A stretch of 64,000 nt of DNA from Candidatus Staskawiczbacteria bacterium (GTDB lineage: Bacteria; Patescibacteriota; Minisyncoccia; Minisyncoccales; Staskawiczbacteraceae), in the NCBI GenBank assembly GCA_041661545.1, contig JBAZUH010000001.1, forward strand, positions 672,148-736,147. The letters run 5' to 3'. Position numbers and translations under genes: made by a program. Each line of letters starts with the position of its first letter. Positions within the stretch are counted from its first letter, which is position 1. The notes under the pieces are model-generated. The model had not been told where the DNA came from. It worked only from the letters and a program-made list of their open reading frames with translations, and ran no database searches. This document shows, one piece after another, positions 7,994-15,009 of the stretch.

Positions 7994-9134
7994 CACGATG
8001 CCAATATTGTCTAATAGAAAAGATTTTTCTGACATAAAAACTCAGGGTATAAAATATGCGGGTTCTAAGCTAAAAATAATTCCTTACATCTTAGAAAGTA
8101 TTAAAGATTTAAATATTGTAACGGTCTTAGACGGATTTAGTGGTTCTACTAGAGTAAGTCAGGCGCTGGCACAAAGGGGTTATGATGTAGTCTCTAATGA
8201 CATCGCCTGCTGGTCGGAAGTATGTGCAAAATGTTTTTTATTACACAAAAAAGATAAAGAATACTATCAAAATATAATCGATGGCCTCAACTCTCTTAAG
8301 GGATATAGGGGTTGGTTTACTGAACATTATGGTGGCGATGAATCAATGAAAGTGAAAATGCCATTTCAAATAAAAAATACAAAAAAATTAGACGCGATAA
8401 GGGATAGAATTGATGAATTAAAGTTGAACGACATTGATAAGGCAGTTATTTTAACAAGTTTGATATTCGCATTAGACTCAGTAGACAGCACTCTTGGACA
8501 TTTTGTATCATATCTTTCTAAATGGTCTAGTCGTTCTTATAATGATTTAGTGCTTAAGGTCCCTGAATTAATAAAAACCAATGGTAAGCACACAGTACTT
8601 AGGGAAGATATTTTTGATGTCATAAAAGATAATACTTTTGATTTAGCATATTTCGACCCACCCTATGGGTCAAATAATGAAAAAATGCCACCAAGTAGAG
8701 TTAGATACTCATCATATTATCATATTTGGACATCAGTTATTAAAAATGACAGACCACCGCTCTTTGGAAAAGTGAATAGAAGAGAAGACACGAGAGATTT
8801 GATTTCGGCTTCTTTGTTCGAAGAATTTAGAAAAAATGAGAAAGGAAATTTTATTGCGATGGAAACAATAAAGAAAATGATTCAATGCACTAATGCAAGA
8901 TATATCTTGCTTTCTTATAGTTCAGGTGGGCGAGCAACTAAGCAGGAGCTTGAGGATATTTTTGCAGAAACAGGGAAAGTTCTTAAAATTATTGAAATAG
9001 ATTATAAAAAAAATATTATGGCTACTATGCGTTGGACGAATAAGTGGATAAACTCAGACGGTAAACATAAAGAGTACCTTTTTTTAATGGAAAAAAACAC
9101 CAGAGCAGCGGACAATTTATTAAGAAATAAATAA
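7980..9134 (+). CDS. N6-adenine DNA methyltransferase (D12/Dam-like alpha class)
   Basis: 'KYAGSKLKIIPYI' (like the Dam WAGGK motif), SAM motif 'LDGFSGSTRV', then the catalytic 'FDPPYG'. The motif order (I before IV) indicates alpha class. Confidence 0.85.
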   Translation: MKENSTMPILSNRKDFSDIKTQGIKYAGSKLKIIPYILESIKDLNIVTVLDGFSGSTRVSQALAQRGYDVVSNDIACWSEVCAKCFLLHKKDKEYYQNIIDGLNSLKGYRGWFTEHYGGDESMKVKMPFQIKNTKKLDAIRDRIDELKLNDIDKAVILTSLIFALDSVDSTLGHFVSYLSKWSSRSYNDLVLKVPELIKTNGKHTVLREDIFDVIKDNTFDLAYFDPPYGSNNEKMPPSRVRYSSYYHIWTSVIKNDRPPLFGKVNRREDTRDLISASLFEEFRKNEKGNFIAMETIKKMIQCTNARYILLSYSSGGRATKQELEDIFAETGKVLKIIEIDYKKNIMATMRWTNKWINSDGKHKEYLFLMEKNTRAADNLLRNK

Positions 9135-9213
9135 TATATAAAAAATATGATCTTTAAAATTTACTTTTATAGGGCGATATAAAACAAAAGCCCCCATATT
9201 TATAAATAAAAAA

Positions 9214-10167
9214 TTGAAAACAATGGACATTATAGACAAGTTAATAAATAAATTAGTTGGAAGGCATGGCCTTTTTCTTTTGGTTATATTCGCTTCGATT
9301 TCGATGTTACTTGTATCTTGGATAGAATTTTTAGTAAAATTTTATCTTGGTTCATATATCCCAAATATTCAAGACGTTTTACGAGGTGCTTTATTATTAG
9401 TTTTTTGGCTTTTTTTAATTAAAATATGCCAGTGGCTATGGGAAAAAACTATTTTCTTTTTTAAACTAATTAAAAGGTTTATATTAGGAAACAGAATTAT
9501 CTCTGTGCCCGAGGTATCAGAATGGATTTTTCAGGGAAGTTTGAATGTGATAGGTGACTCTTTGGAATTAACCACTTCTAATTCAGGATGTTTAATTAAG
9601 AATTTCTTATATAAAAATTTCTCATTAAATTGCGTTATGAAGATTCCCAATGGGGGTAGGGGGTCGTTAATTTTTCGAGCAAAAGATTTAGAAAATTATC
9701 TAATGATTCAGTTCGAATTAGCTGATACTTCGGACAATGGTACAATAGTCTACGATATAGTGCCCCATATACGCTATATGGGGCACTTCGAAACTTTTAA
9801 AATATATCAACCAGTTTACCCAAATGAAAGACACTTTCCAACACTCGTAAAATACGATAAGATAGGCGGTCTACCAGTGAACCTGAAGGTCCAAAATAGT
9901 GTTGTAAAATTAACAATAGGTATTGAGCGAAAAGAGTTTTATTGGAATATACCGACTCATACAGAGCAAAATATACTCAGCAATATGATCTCGGGGCAAC
10001 AAGAAGCACAACAAAATAAAATAGAATCGCTTACGGGTAGGATAGATCCGCTAGACGGCATACTTGTTCCAAGAATTTGGTTTAGAGGTGGTTACGGGCG
10101 AATTGGTTTTCGCGCATGGGGTTTAGAAAAAATTATTATAAGTGATTTAAAAATAGAACCTATATAA
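9214..10167 (+). CDS. Membrane-anchored protein with a LamG/DUF1080-like (concanavalin-fold) C-terminal domain; likely start ATG 9223
   Basis: Two or three N-terminal TM helices. The C-terminal 'GSLIFRAKD..YLMIQF' and 'GRIGFRAWGLEKIIISDLKIEPI' resemble DUF1080 strand patterns. Weak call. Confidence 0.35.
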   Translation: MKTMDIIDKLINKLVGRHGLFLLVIFASISMLLVSWIEFLVKFYLGSYIPNIQDVLRGALLLVFWLFLIKICQWLWEKTIFFFKLIKRFILGNRIISVPEVSEWIFQGSLNVIGDSLELTTSNSGCLIKNFLYKNFSLNCVMKIPNGGRGSLIFRAKDLENYLMIQFELADTSDNGTIVYDIVPHIRYMGHFETFKIYQPVYPNERHFPTLVKYDKIGGLPVNLKVQNSVVKLTIGIERKEFYWNIPTHTEQNILSNMISGQQEAQQNKIESLTGRIDPLDGILVPRIWFRGGYGRIGFRAWGLEKIIISDLKIEPI

Positions 10168-10177
10168 AGTTAAAGAT

Positions 10178-10360
10178 TTGTATAATTCTAGTGGCGTAAC
10201 AAATCCTCAAGTAAAAACATGGGATGGTAAAAATGAGTTGGGCGAAGTTGTGCCTAATGGAGTTTATACAATAAAAATTGAATTTGAAGATACGGCGGGG
10301 AATTCGGTTATTGATACAAGTAAAACAATTACTGTGGAGATTGTTGAGGCAATAGAATAG
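10178..10360 (+). pseudogene. Orphan C-terminal fragment of a FlgD-Ig-like surface-protein domain
   Basis: 'TWDGKNELGEVVPNGVYTIKIEFEDTAGN' is the classic FlgD-Ig/T9SS-like beta-sandwich motif. Only 60 codons, a TTG pseudo-start and no N-terminal part. Confidence 0.5.
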
Positions 10361-10363
10361 TTG

Positions 10364-10404
10364 ACCCTTCACCATTTGGGTTATATCACGAAATGGTGAA
10401 GGGT
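10364..10404 (+). other. 14-bp perfect inverted repeat (acccttcaccattt / aaatggtgaagggt) abutting the -35 of the next promoter
   Basis: Read directly from the sequence. Both arms are flanked by TTGAC. Confidence 0.85.
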
Positions 10405-10431
10405 TGACTAAACTAAAATTAGTGATAACTT
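10404..10431 (+). promoter_or_regulatory. Promoter of miniprotein module A (TTGACT-16 nt-TG-n-TAACTT)
   Basis: Extended -10. The whole promoter and 5' UTR are about 70 percent identical to 11416..11496. Confidence 0.55.
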
Positions 10432-10484
10432 TATAAATATGAGTAAGCAGTTGGCCCTTTCACAAGTTTAATGGAGAGAAAACC

Positions 10485-10721
10485 ATGAGAACACTGATTA
10501 TGAACAAGAAACCACTTTCCTGGAGAGGAATTTGCTATTTTAGCTTTGGACTTTTGTTTATGTCTATTGCGATTGTAATTATCAGCATACTACCAACAAC
10601 ACTCAACCCTCCTATTTGGGAAAATGGGTCGTTTATTGTGGGAGGAGTAGGTTTAGTGCTATCTTTCATCTTATGGATAATATCGGAGAACAAGTTTGAA
10701 AAACAACAATTTCCGAAATAA
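10485..10721 (+). CDS. 78-aa two-TM miniprotein (paralogue of 11497..11793)
   Basis: SD GGAGAG. Two hydrophobic helices joined by 'NPPIWENGSFIVGG' (compare 'HPPLWKDAYFIAGN' in the paralogue). Confidence 0.6.
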   Translation: MRTLIMNKKPLSWRGICYFSFGLLFMSIAIVIISILPTTLNPPIWENGSFIVGGVGLVLSFILWIISENKFEKQQFPK

Positions 10722-10743
10722 AAATTTTCTTCTCTTTGCCATG

Positions 10744-10774
10744 CCCAGAGCGCACGCTTATGGGTTCTTTTTTT
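10744..10774 (+). terminator. Probable terminator of module A (ends gggttcTTTTTTT)
   Basis: Imperfect ccca..tggg stem plus a T-run. The tail 'gggttcttttttt' recurs at 12268..12280. Confidence 0.45.
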
Positions 10775-10784
10775 ACATAGGTAT

Positions 10785-10838
10785 CCCCAAAAATAGTCGC
10801 GTTTTTGACGGCCGTCAAAAACGCGACTATTTTTGGGG
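10785..10838. repeat. 54-bp perfect palindrome P1 (CCCCAAAAATAGTCGCGTTTTTGACGG | CCGTCAAAAACGCGACTATTTTTGGGG)
   Basis: Both 27-nt arms are exact reverse complements. Related imperfect copies lie at 12351..12399 and 55001..55048. Confidence 0.95.
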
Positions 10839-10851
10839 AACATAAACTAAT

Positions 10852-10877
10852 AAAAAAAGAGTCGAGGGTTGCTCGAC
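10852..10877 (-). terminator. Terminator for the minus-strand gene 10911..11303
   Basis: gtcgag-ggttg-ctcgac, with an A-run on + (a T-run on the minus strand). Confidence 0.55.
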
Positions 10878-10910
10878 AAAAAAGAAGAAAGAATTATGGC
10901 CTAATCAATT

Positions 10911-11303
10911 TTAGAGCGCTACGGTGTTTCCACACTCAGAGCACCAAAATCGGCCGTGGTCGTCGCGAGGCGACATTAGTTTTCCACAACAATATGGCAC
11001 TGCACCCGCCTCTACAATTGAGTCGGTGCGGTCCCAATAATCCCCATTAAGAAGCCCGAGGCTAGCCGGGAAACCTGGAGAAATTTCATCTAAAGTCTTC
11101 TGCACGTCATCTATCGAAGATGATTTGGACGGCGGAGGCTCTCTCTGTAAGCCTTGCGTGCCCGTGTCATTTAACAGTCCCTTGAGATATGCAGTTATAG
11201 CTTCTTCTATGCCCTCGCTAATGGAGGAAGACGACGCTTGTCCTAAAAATCCCGACAATCCAGTTGTGGCAATTGGCCACGCTGATTTTTTTTGGTCTGG
11301 CAT
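10911..11303 (-). CDS. Hypothetical 130-aa protein with C-terminal zinc ribbon (GC-rich islet)
   Basis: 'YCCGKLMSPRDDHGRFWCSECG' is a CxxC-like pair. The N-terminal half is low-complexity and Ser/Gly-rich. G+C is far above background. Confidence 0.45.
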   Translation of the reverse strand: MPDQKKSAWPIATTGLSGFLGQASSSSISEGIEEAITAYLKGLLNDTGTQGLQREPPPSKSSSIDDVQKTLDEISPGFPASLGLLNGDYWDRTDSIVEAGAVPYCCGKLMSPRDDHGRFWCSECGNTVAL

Positions 11304-11415
11304 TTTGGCAATTTCTTTCTATTTAATTTCAGGTTGACAACGAACAACTAAATGATTATTTTAGAGTAACAAATTCAAAAAAGATTAACAAGGGATATAA
11401 TAAAGCTAATTTAGT

Positions 11416-11443
11416 TTGACAAAATCAAAATTAATGATAAATT
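11416..11443 (+). promoter_or_regulatory. Promoter of miniprotein module B (TTGACA-16 nt-TG-n-TAAATT)
   Basis: Homologous to 10404..10431. Confidence 0.55.
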
Positions 11444-11496
11444 AATAACTACGAGCTAATGAACAGCTCTTTTACAACTTTAACAAGGAGAACGCC

Positions 11497-11793
11497 ATGA
11501 ATGAACCGAATGAATTTGACGCAATTGACCGCGATTACAAAGAAGCTTTAAATAAGCTTCGGCGCACTAGAAGATCCTTCACTATTATTTGCACTGTGTT
11601 TGGAATTGGGATGGTGATAAGTGCGCTCGGAATGATTCTTTTCTTTTTTGGGATAGTGAAAGGAGTCATTCATCCGCCACTTTGGAAAGATGCCTATTTT
11701 ATAGCAGGCAACGTTTTGTTTGTGATAGGCATTTTTATACTTGTCTTTATTATCTTTAAGACTGACCGCTTTTGTAGGAGGATAAAATTATGA
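11497..11793 (+). CDS. 98-aa two-TM miniprotein (paralogue of 10485..10721)
   Basis: SD AAGGAG. Same TM-loop-TM layout as the paralogue. The stop overlaps the next start (ATGA). Confidence 0.6.
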   Translation: MNEPNEFDAIDRDYKEALNKLRRTRRSFTIICTVFGIGMVISALGMILFFFGIVKGVIHPPLWKDAYFIAGNVLFVIGIFILVFIIFKTDRFCRRIKL

Positions 11794-12257
11794 ACATACA
11801 AGGATATTCTTTATGTGAGTTGCTTGGGCACATTGAAGATGGTTTGCGCGCAATTAACCCCAAACAATCGTGCGGATACGCTACCATAATGGTAATCAAT
11901 GACAGCGGCTTCGTTGTCTACAAAACATGTCGTTCAGTGGGGCTTAACACATTGCGTGATGAGGGCAATCACTATAATCGCTCTATAAAACAGGCTGATC
12001 GGCTATTTGCTCATCCCAAGCATGTAAGTAGCTATCAAAGCCGAAACCCGCGGCAGAATCAAGGGGCTGGCGCCATACGGGCTGGCTCGGTTATACTTTC
12101 ATTCAGCGGTTTGACGTCAGAGTTTTGCAACGAGGCTTTGGTGCTGTGGGTGGCCCACGTTGTGCGCTGGTTAAGCGTTGATGAGGCGTTTAATATTGCC
12201 AGATTGAGTGGCAACCCTTTAGTTGACGACAATTTTTTTGCTCTTGCCCGGCGATAG
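11790..12257 (+). CDS. Hypothetical 155-aa protein, GC-rich; faint GlcG/DUF336-like pattern
   Basis: Translationally coupled to the miniprotein. 'GAGAIRAGSVILSFSGLTSEF' loosely recalls the GlcG 'GG.PI..G.VIGAIGVSG' motif. The family call is speculative. Confidence 0.5.
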   Translation: MNIQGYSLCELLGHIEDGLRAINPKQSCGYATIMVINDSGFVVYKTCRSVGLNTLRDEGNHYNRSIKQADRLFAHPKHVSSYQSRNPRQNQGAGAIRAGSVILSFSGLTSEFCNEALVLWVAHVVRWLSVDEAFNIARLSGNPLVDDNFFALARR

Positions 12258-12280
12258 AAATATCGAAGGGTTCTTTTTTT
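12247..12280 (+). terminator. Terminator of module B
   Basis: ccc/ggg and cgata-gaaa-tatcg nested stem, then ttcT7. Confidence 0.55.
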
Positions 12281-12332
12281 AGATAAACATACTGTTAAAT
12301 AAAGTTTTTCCACAGGAAAAATTTTACCATTT

Positions 12333-12440
12333 AGCAGTATAAACGAAAATCCCCAAAAATAGCGTTTTTTGACACAAAAAATGCTACCATTTTTGAGGGA
12401 TAAATAAAAATAGCAGTATAAACGAAAATCCCCTTGGGGT
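12333..12440. repeat. 22-bp direct repeats (agcagtataaacgaaaatcccc at 12333 and 12413) flanking imperfect palindrome P2 (12351..12399); the second copy ends in ccccttgggg
   Basis: Read directly from the sequence. The P2 arms share CCCCAAAAATAG..TTTTTGAC with P1 and AAATGGTA.CATTTTTTG with P3. Confidence 0.85.
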
Positions 12441-12469
12441 GATTCTCTGATAGTGATATAATATAAAAT

Positions 12470-13555
12470 ATGGATTTAAGTAATTTAGAGAAAGTTTTAG
12501 AAAATGAGCCAAAATACCGCCTTGCACAAGCTAATGAGGCGGTTTTAAAAAATTTTATATCTGACTGGTCAGAGGCAACTTTTTTTACAAAAGAATTGCG
12601 AGATAAATTAAATAAAGAATGCCCGCTTAAAATTGAAGCGGAAGTTTTGGTTTCCCGCCCAAGAGGGGCGAGGCTCGCCTCGTCAACTGACGAGGCGGCA
12701 AAAAAATCTGATTGTATCAAAGCTAGAATTACTTTAAAAGACGGTTTGCAAGTTGAGTCGGTTTTAATGCGTCACGAAGACCCGCTTCGCCCCGAGGTGA
12801 GTGGCAGAAACACTGTTTGCGTTTCTTGTCAGGTTGGTTGCCCGCTAGGATGTTTATTTTGTGCTACAGGAAAAATGGGCTTAAAAAGAAGTTTAACAAC
12901 AAATGAAATTGTAGAGCAGGTGATTTTTTTTAGTAGATATCTAAAACCAGAAGGCAAGCAGGTGACTAATGTCACTTTTATGGGCATGGGAGAGCCATTT
13001 TTAAATTACGAAAATGTATGGGAGGCTGTAAAAATTTTTAATGATTATAAATATTTTAATATTGGAGTAAGGTCTATTTCTATTTCAACAGCAGGAATTA
13101 TTGAGGGAATAAAAAAACTAAGTGACGAAAAATTGCATGTTAATTTGGCAATTTCTTTGCACGCCCCAAACGATAAACTAAGAAGCCAATTAATGCCAAT
13201 TAATAAAAGATATCCTTTAGAAGAAGTTTTAAAAACAGTTGACCAATATATAGAAAAAACTAAAAGAAAAGTGATGTTTGAGTATGTTTTAATTAAAGAT
13301 GTAAACGATACAGATGAGCATGCTAGGGAATTAGCAAAAATAATGGACAACACTTCGACTTCGCTCAGTGCAAGAAAATTATATTTTGTGAATTTGATTC
13401 TTTATAATGATACTGGAATTTATCAGGCCTCAACAGCACAAAGAGTAAAAGCATTTAGAGATATATTAGAAAAATTAAAAATAAGATATACGCAAAGATA
13501 CAGATTTGGCGACGACATAAGCGCAGCCTGCGGGCAATTTAACACCAAGAAATAG
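12470..13555 (+). CDS. rlmN: 23S rRNA/tRNA (adenine-C2)-methyltransferase RlmN (radical SAM)
   Basis: 'CVSCQVGCPLGCLFCATG' is the CxxxCxxC cluster. 'GMGEPFLNY', 'ISTAG', 'LAISLHAP' and a C-terminal 'AACGQ' are also present. Confidence 0.9.
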   Translation: MDLSNLEKVLENEPKYRLAQANEAVLKNFISDWSEATFFTKELRDKLNKECPLKIEAEVLVSRPRGARLASSTDEAAKKSDCIKARITLKDGLQVESVLMRHEDPLRPEVSGRNTVCVSCQVGCPLGCLFCATGKMGLKRSLTTNEIVEQVIFFSRYLKPEGKQVTNVTFMGMGEPFLNYENVWEAVKIFNDYKYFNIGVRSISISTAGIIEGIKKLSDEKLHVNLAISLHAPNDKLRSQLMPINKRYPLEEVLKTVDQYIEKTKRKVMFEYVLIKDVNDTDEHARELAKIMDNTSTSLSARKLYFVNLILYNDTGIYQASTAQRVKAFRDILEKLKIRYTQRYRFGDDISAACGQFNTKK

Positions 13556-13673
13556 TTTTTATTCACAGTTGAATAGATTTTGTAATTGTGAGATAATTAG
13601 AAAACGTTTTTCGTAAAGGAAGTCCTTTGACTTTTGGTTAGATTTTTGTTAATTTTAATGATAATTAATTTCA

Positions 13674-14333
13674 ATGATAAACAAAGACTTTCTCAAATTA
13701 ACAAACACTATTTACAAGTTATTGGAGTTTTTTCCAGAATCAGATCCATTAAAAAATAGGGCCAAAGATAAGGCTCTAACAATAATGGATAATTTGGTTT
13801 TAATTAACGAAACTAGTGGATGGGCTTCTTTTCAAAAAGAAAAGATAAAAGTGCAACTTTTAGAGGACATAGATATGCTTTTAGGATATCTATGGATTGG
13901 AAAAACGCAAGGTTGGTTGAACTCAGTAAATTATCTTATAGTTGTTAATGAATACGAAAAAATAAAAGAAATTGCTGAGCCCACATTAGAGCCAACTCAG
14001 AAATTACCAGGTTTCGGTGACAAGGGCATAATACAAGAAAAAGAAAACATAGTTCAAGAAAATATTATTCGCGAAAGCTCGGCATTTGCATTATCAGATA
14101 GGCAAACCCCGCCCTTACATGAAGTTACGGCGAGGCAAAGGCAAATTCTTGAATTTTTAGAAAAAAACCAAAAAGCTCAAGTCATGGACTTACAAACAAT
14201 ATTGCCAGATGTCACAAAAAGAACAATTAGAAGGGATTTAGATGAACTTCTTTTGGCAAATAAAATAGTGAGGTTAGGAGATTTTAATCAGGTTTTTTAC
14301 AAAATAAGAGAGAATCAAATTTTAACTAGTTAG
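13674..14333 (+). CDS. DeoR-type winged-HTH regulator with N-terminal helical domain
   Basis: The C-terminal 'RQRQILEFLEKNQKAQVMDLQTILPDVTKRTIRRDLDELL' is a typical DeoR HTH. Confidence 0.55.
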   Translation: MINKDFLKLTNTIYKLLEFFPESDPLKNRAKDKALTIMDNLVLINETSGWASFQKEKIKVQLLEDIDMLLGYLWIGKTQGWLNSVNYLIVVNEYEKIKEIAEPTLEPTQKLPGFGDKGIIQEKENIVQENIIRESSAFALSDRQTPPLHEVTARQRQILEFLEKNQKAQVMDLQTILPDVTKRTIRRDLDELLLANKIVRLGDFNQVFYKIRENQILTS

Positions 14334-14341
14334 TAGGGGGG

Positions 14342-14401
14342 TAGGACATAATTGAGATAGATAGGACAGATAGGACATTTTCTTTAAAATATTATGTCCT
14401 A
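14342..14401 (+). promoter_or_regulatory. TAGGACA motif array (3 direct copies, 1 inverted; 9-bp IR ataggacat/atgtcctat)
   Basis: Copies at 14342, 14362 and 14371, with an inverted copy at 14395. Lies between the DeoR-like gene and the sigma-factor promoter. Confidence 0.6.
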
Positions 14402-14455
14402 TCCCGCCACAGCGGGACCCCGCTAAGGCGGTGGTCAATAATAGAGCAGAAAATA

Positions 14456-14484
14456 TTGACTTTTATGGTTATTTAGTATATTAT
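14456..14484 (+). promoter_or_regulatory. Promoter of the ECF sigma gene (TTGACT-17 nt-TATTAT)
   Basis: Near-consensus hexamers. Confidence 0.6.
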
Positions 14485-14497
14485 TAGCTTTAACTAG

Positions 14498-15004
14498 ATG
14501 GATAGTATAAACGAACAATTTAGTGAGATATACGATCAATATATAGACAAAATATATAGGTTTATTTATTTAAAAGTAGATTCAGAAGAAACAGCTCAAG
14601 ATATTACCTCCAAAGTCTTTATAAAGGGCTGGGATGCTTTTAGGGGCAAGCCAGAGAAGATAAAAAATCCAGGTGCCTTTTTATATCAAATAGCCAGAAA
14701 CACTGTTATAGACCATTATAGGGGCAAGGGTAGGACAAAGGTGGTATCGGTTGATGCCAGTCCAGATTTAATTGATCCCAAGATAAATGCTCAAGAAAAA
14801 GCCATTTTAAGCGTAGATATTAGCACTATAAAAGAGTCTATAAAAAAGCTTGGAAAAGAGCATCAAGATATAATAATTTTACATTATTTAGAAGACATGC
14901 CTATTGATGATATAGCCCAGTTATTGGGTAGACCGGCTGGCACAATAAGAGTGATGTTGCACAGAGGCTTAAAAGATTTAAAGGGCTTAGTGCAAGAGTC
15001 ATAA
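14498..15004 (+). CDS. ECF-type sigma-70 family factor
   Basis: Region 2 'IYRFIYLKV..AQDITSKVFIKGW' and region 4 'MPIDDIAQLLGRPAGTIRVMLHRGLKDLK'. Confidence 0.85.
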   Translation: MDSINEQFSEIYDQYIDKIYRFIYLKVDSEETAQDITSKVFIKGWDAFRGKPEKIKNPGAFLYQIARNTVIDHYRGKGRTKVVSVDASPDLIDPKINAQEKAILSVDISTIKESIKKLGKEHQDIIILHYLEDMPIDDIAQLLGRPAGTIRVMLHRGLKDLKGLVQES

Positions 15005-15009
15005 AGTCG

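Noticed and set aside
10535-11337. ORFs 10535..10843 (-), 10805..11050 (+) and 11125..11337 (+)
   Set aside because: They run through the 54-bp palindrome and the terminators, or lie antisense to the better-supported 130-aa gene. None has an SD or a recognisable motif.
12331-12720. 129-aa minus-strand ORF overlapping the rlmN 5' end and the P2/direct-repeat region
   Set aside because: It overlaps a confidently called conserved gene, starts inside it, and reads through repeats. It is most likely spurious.
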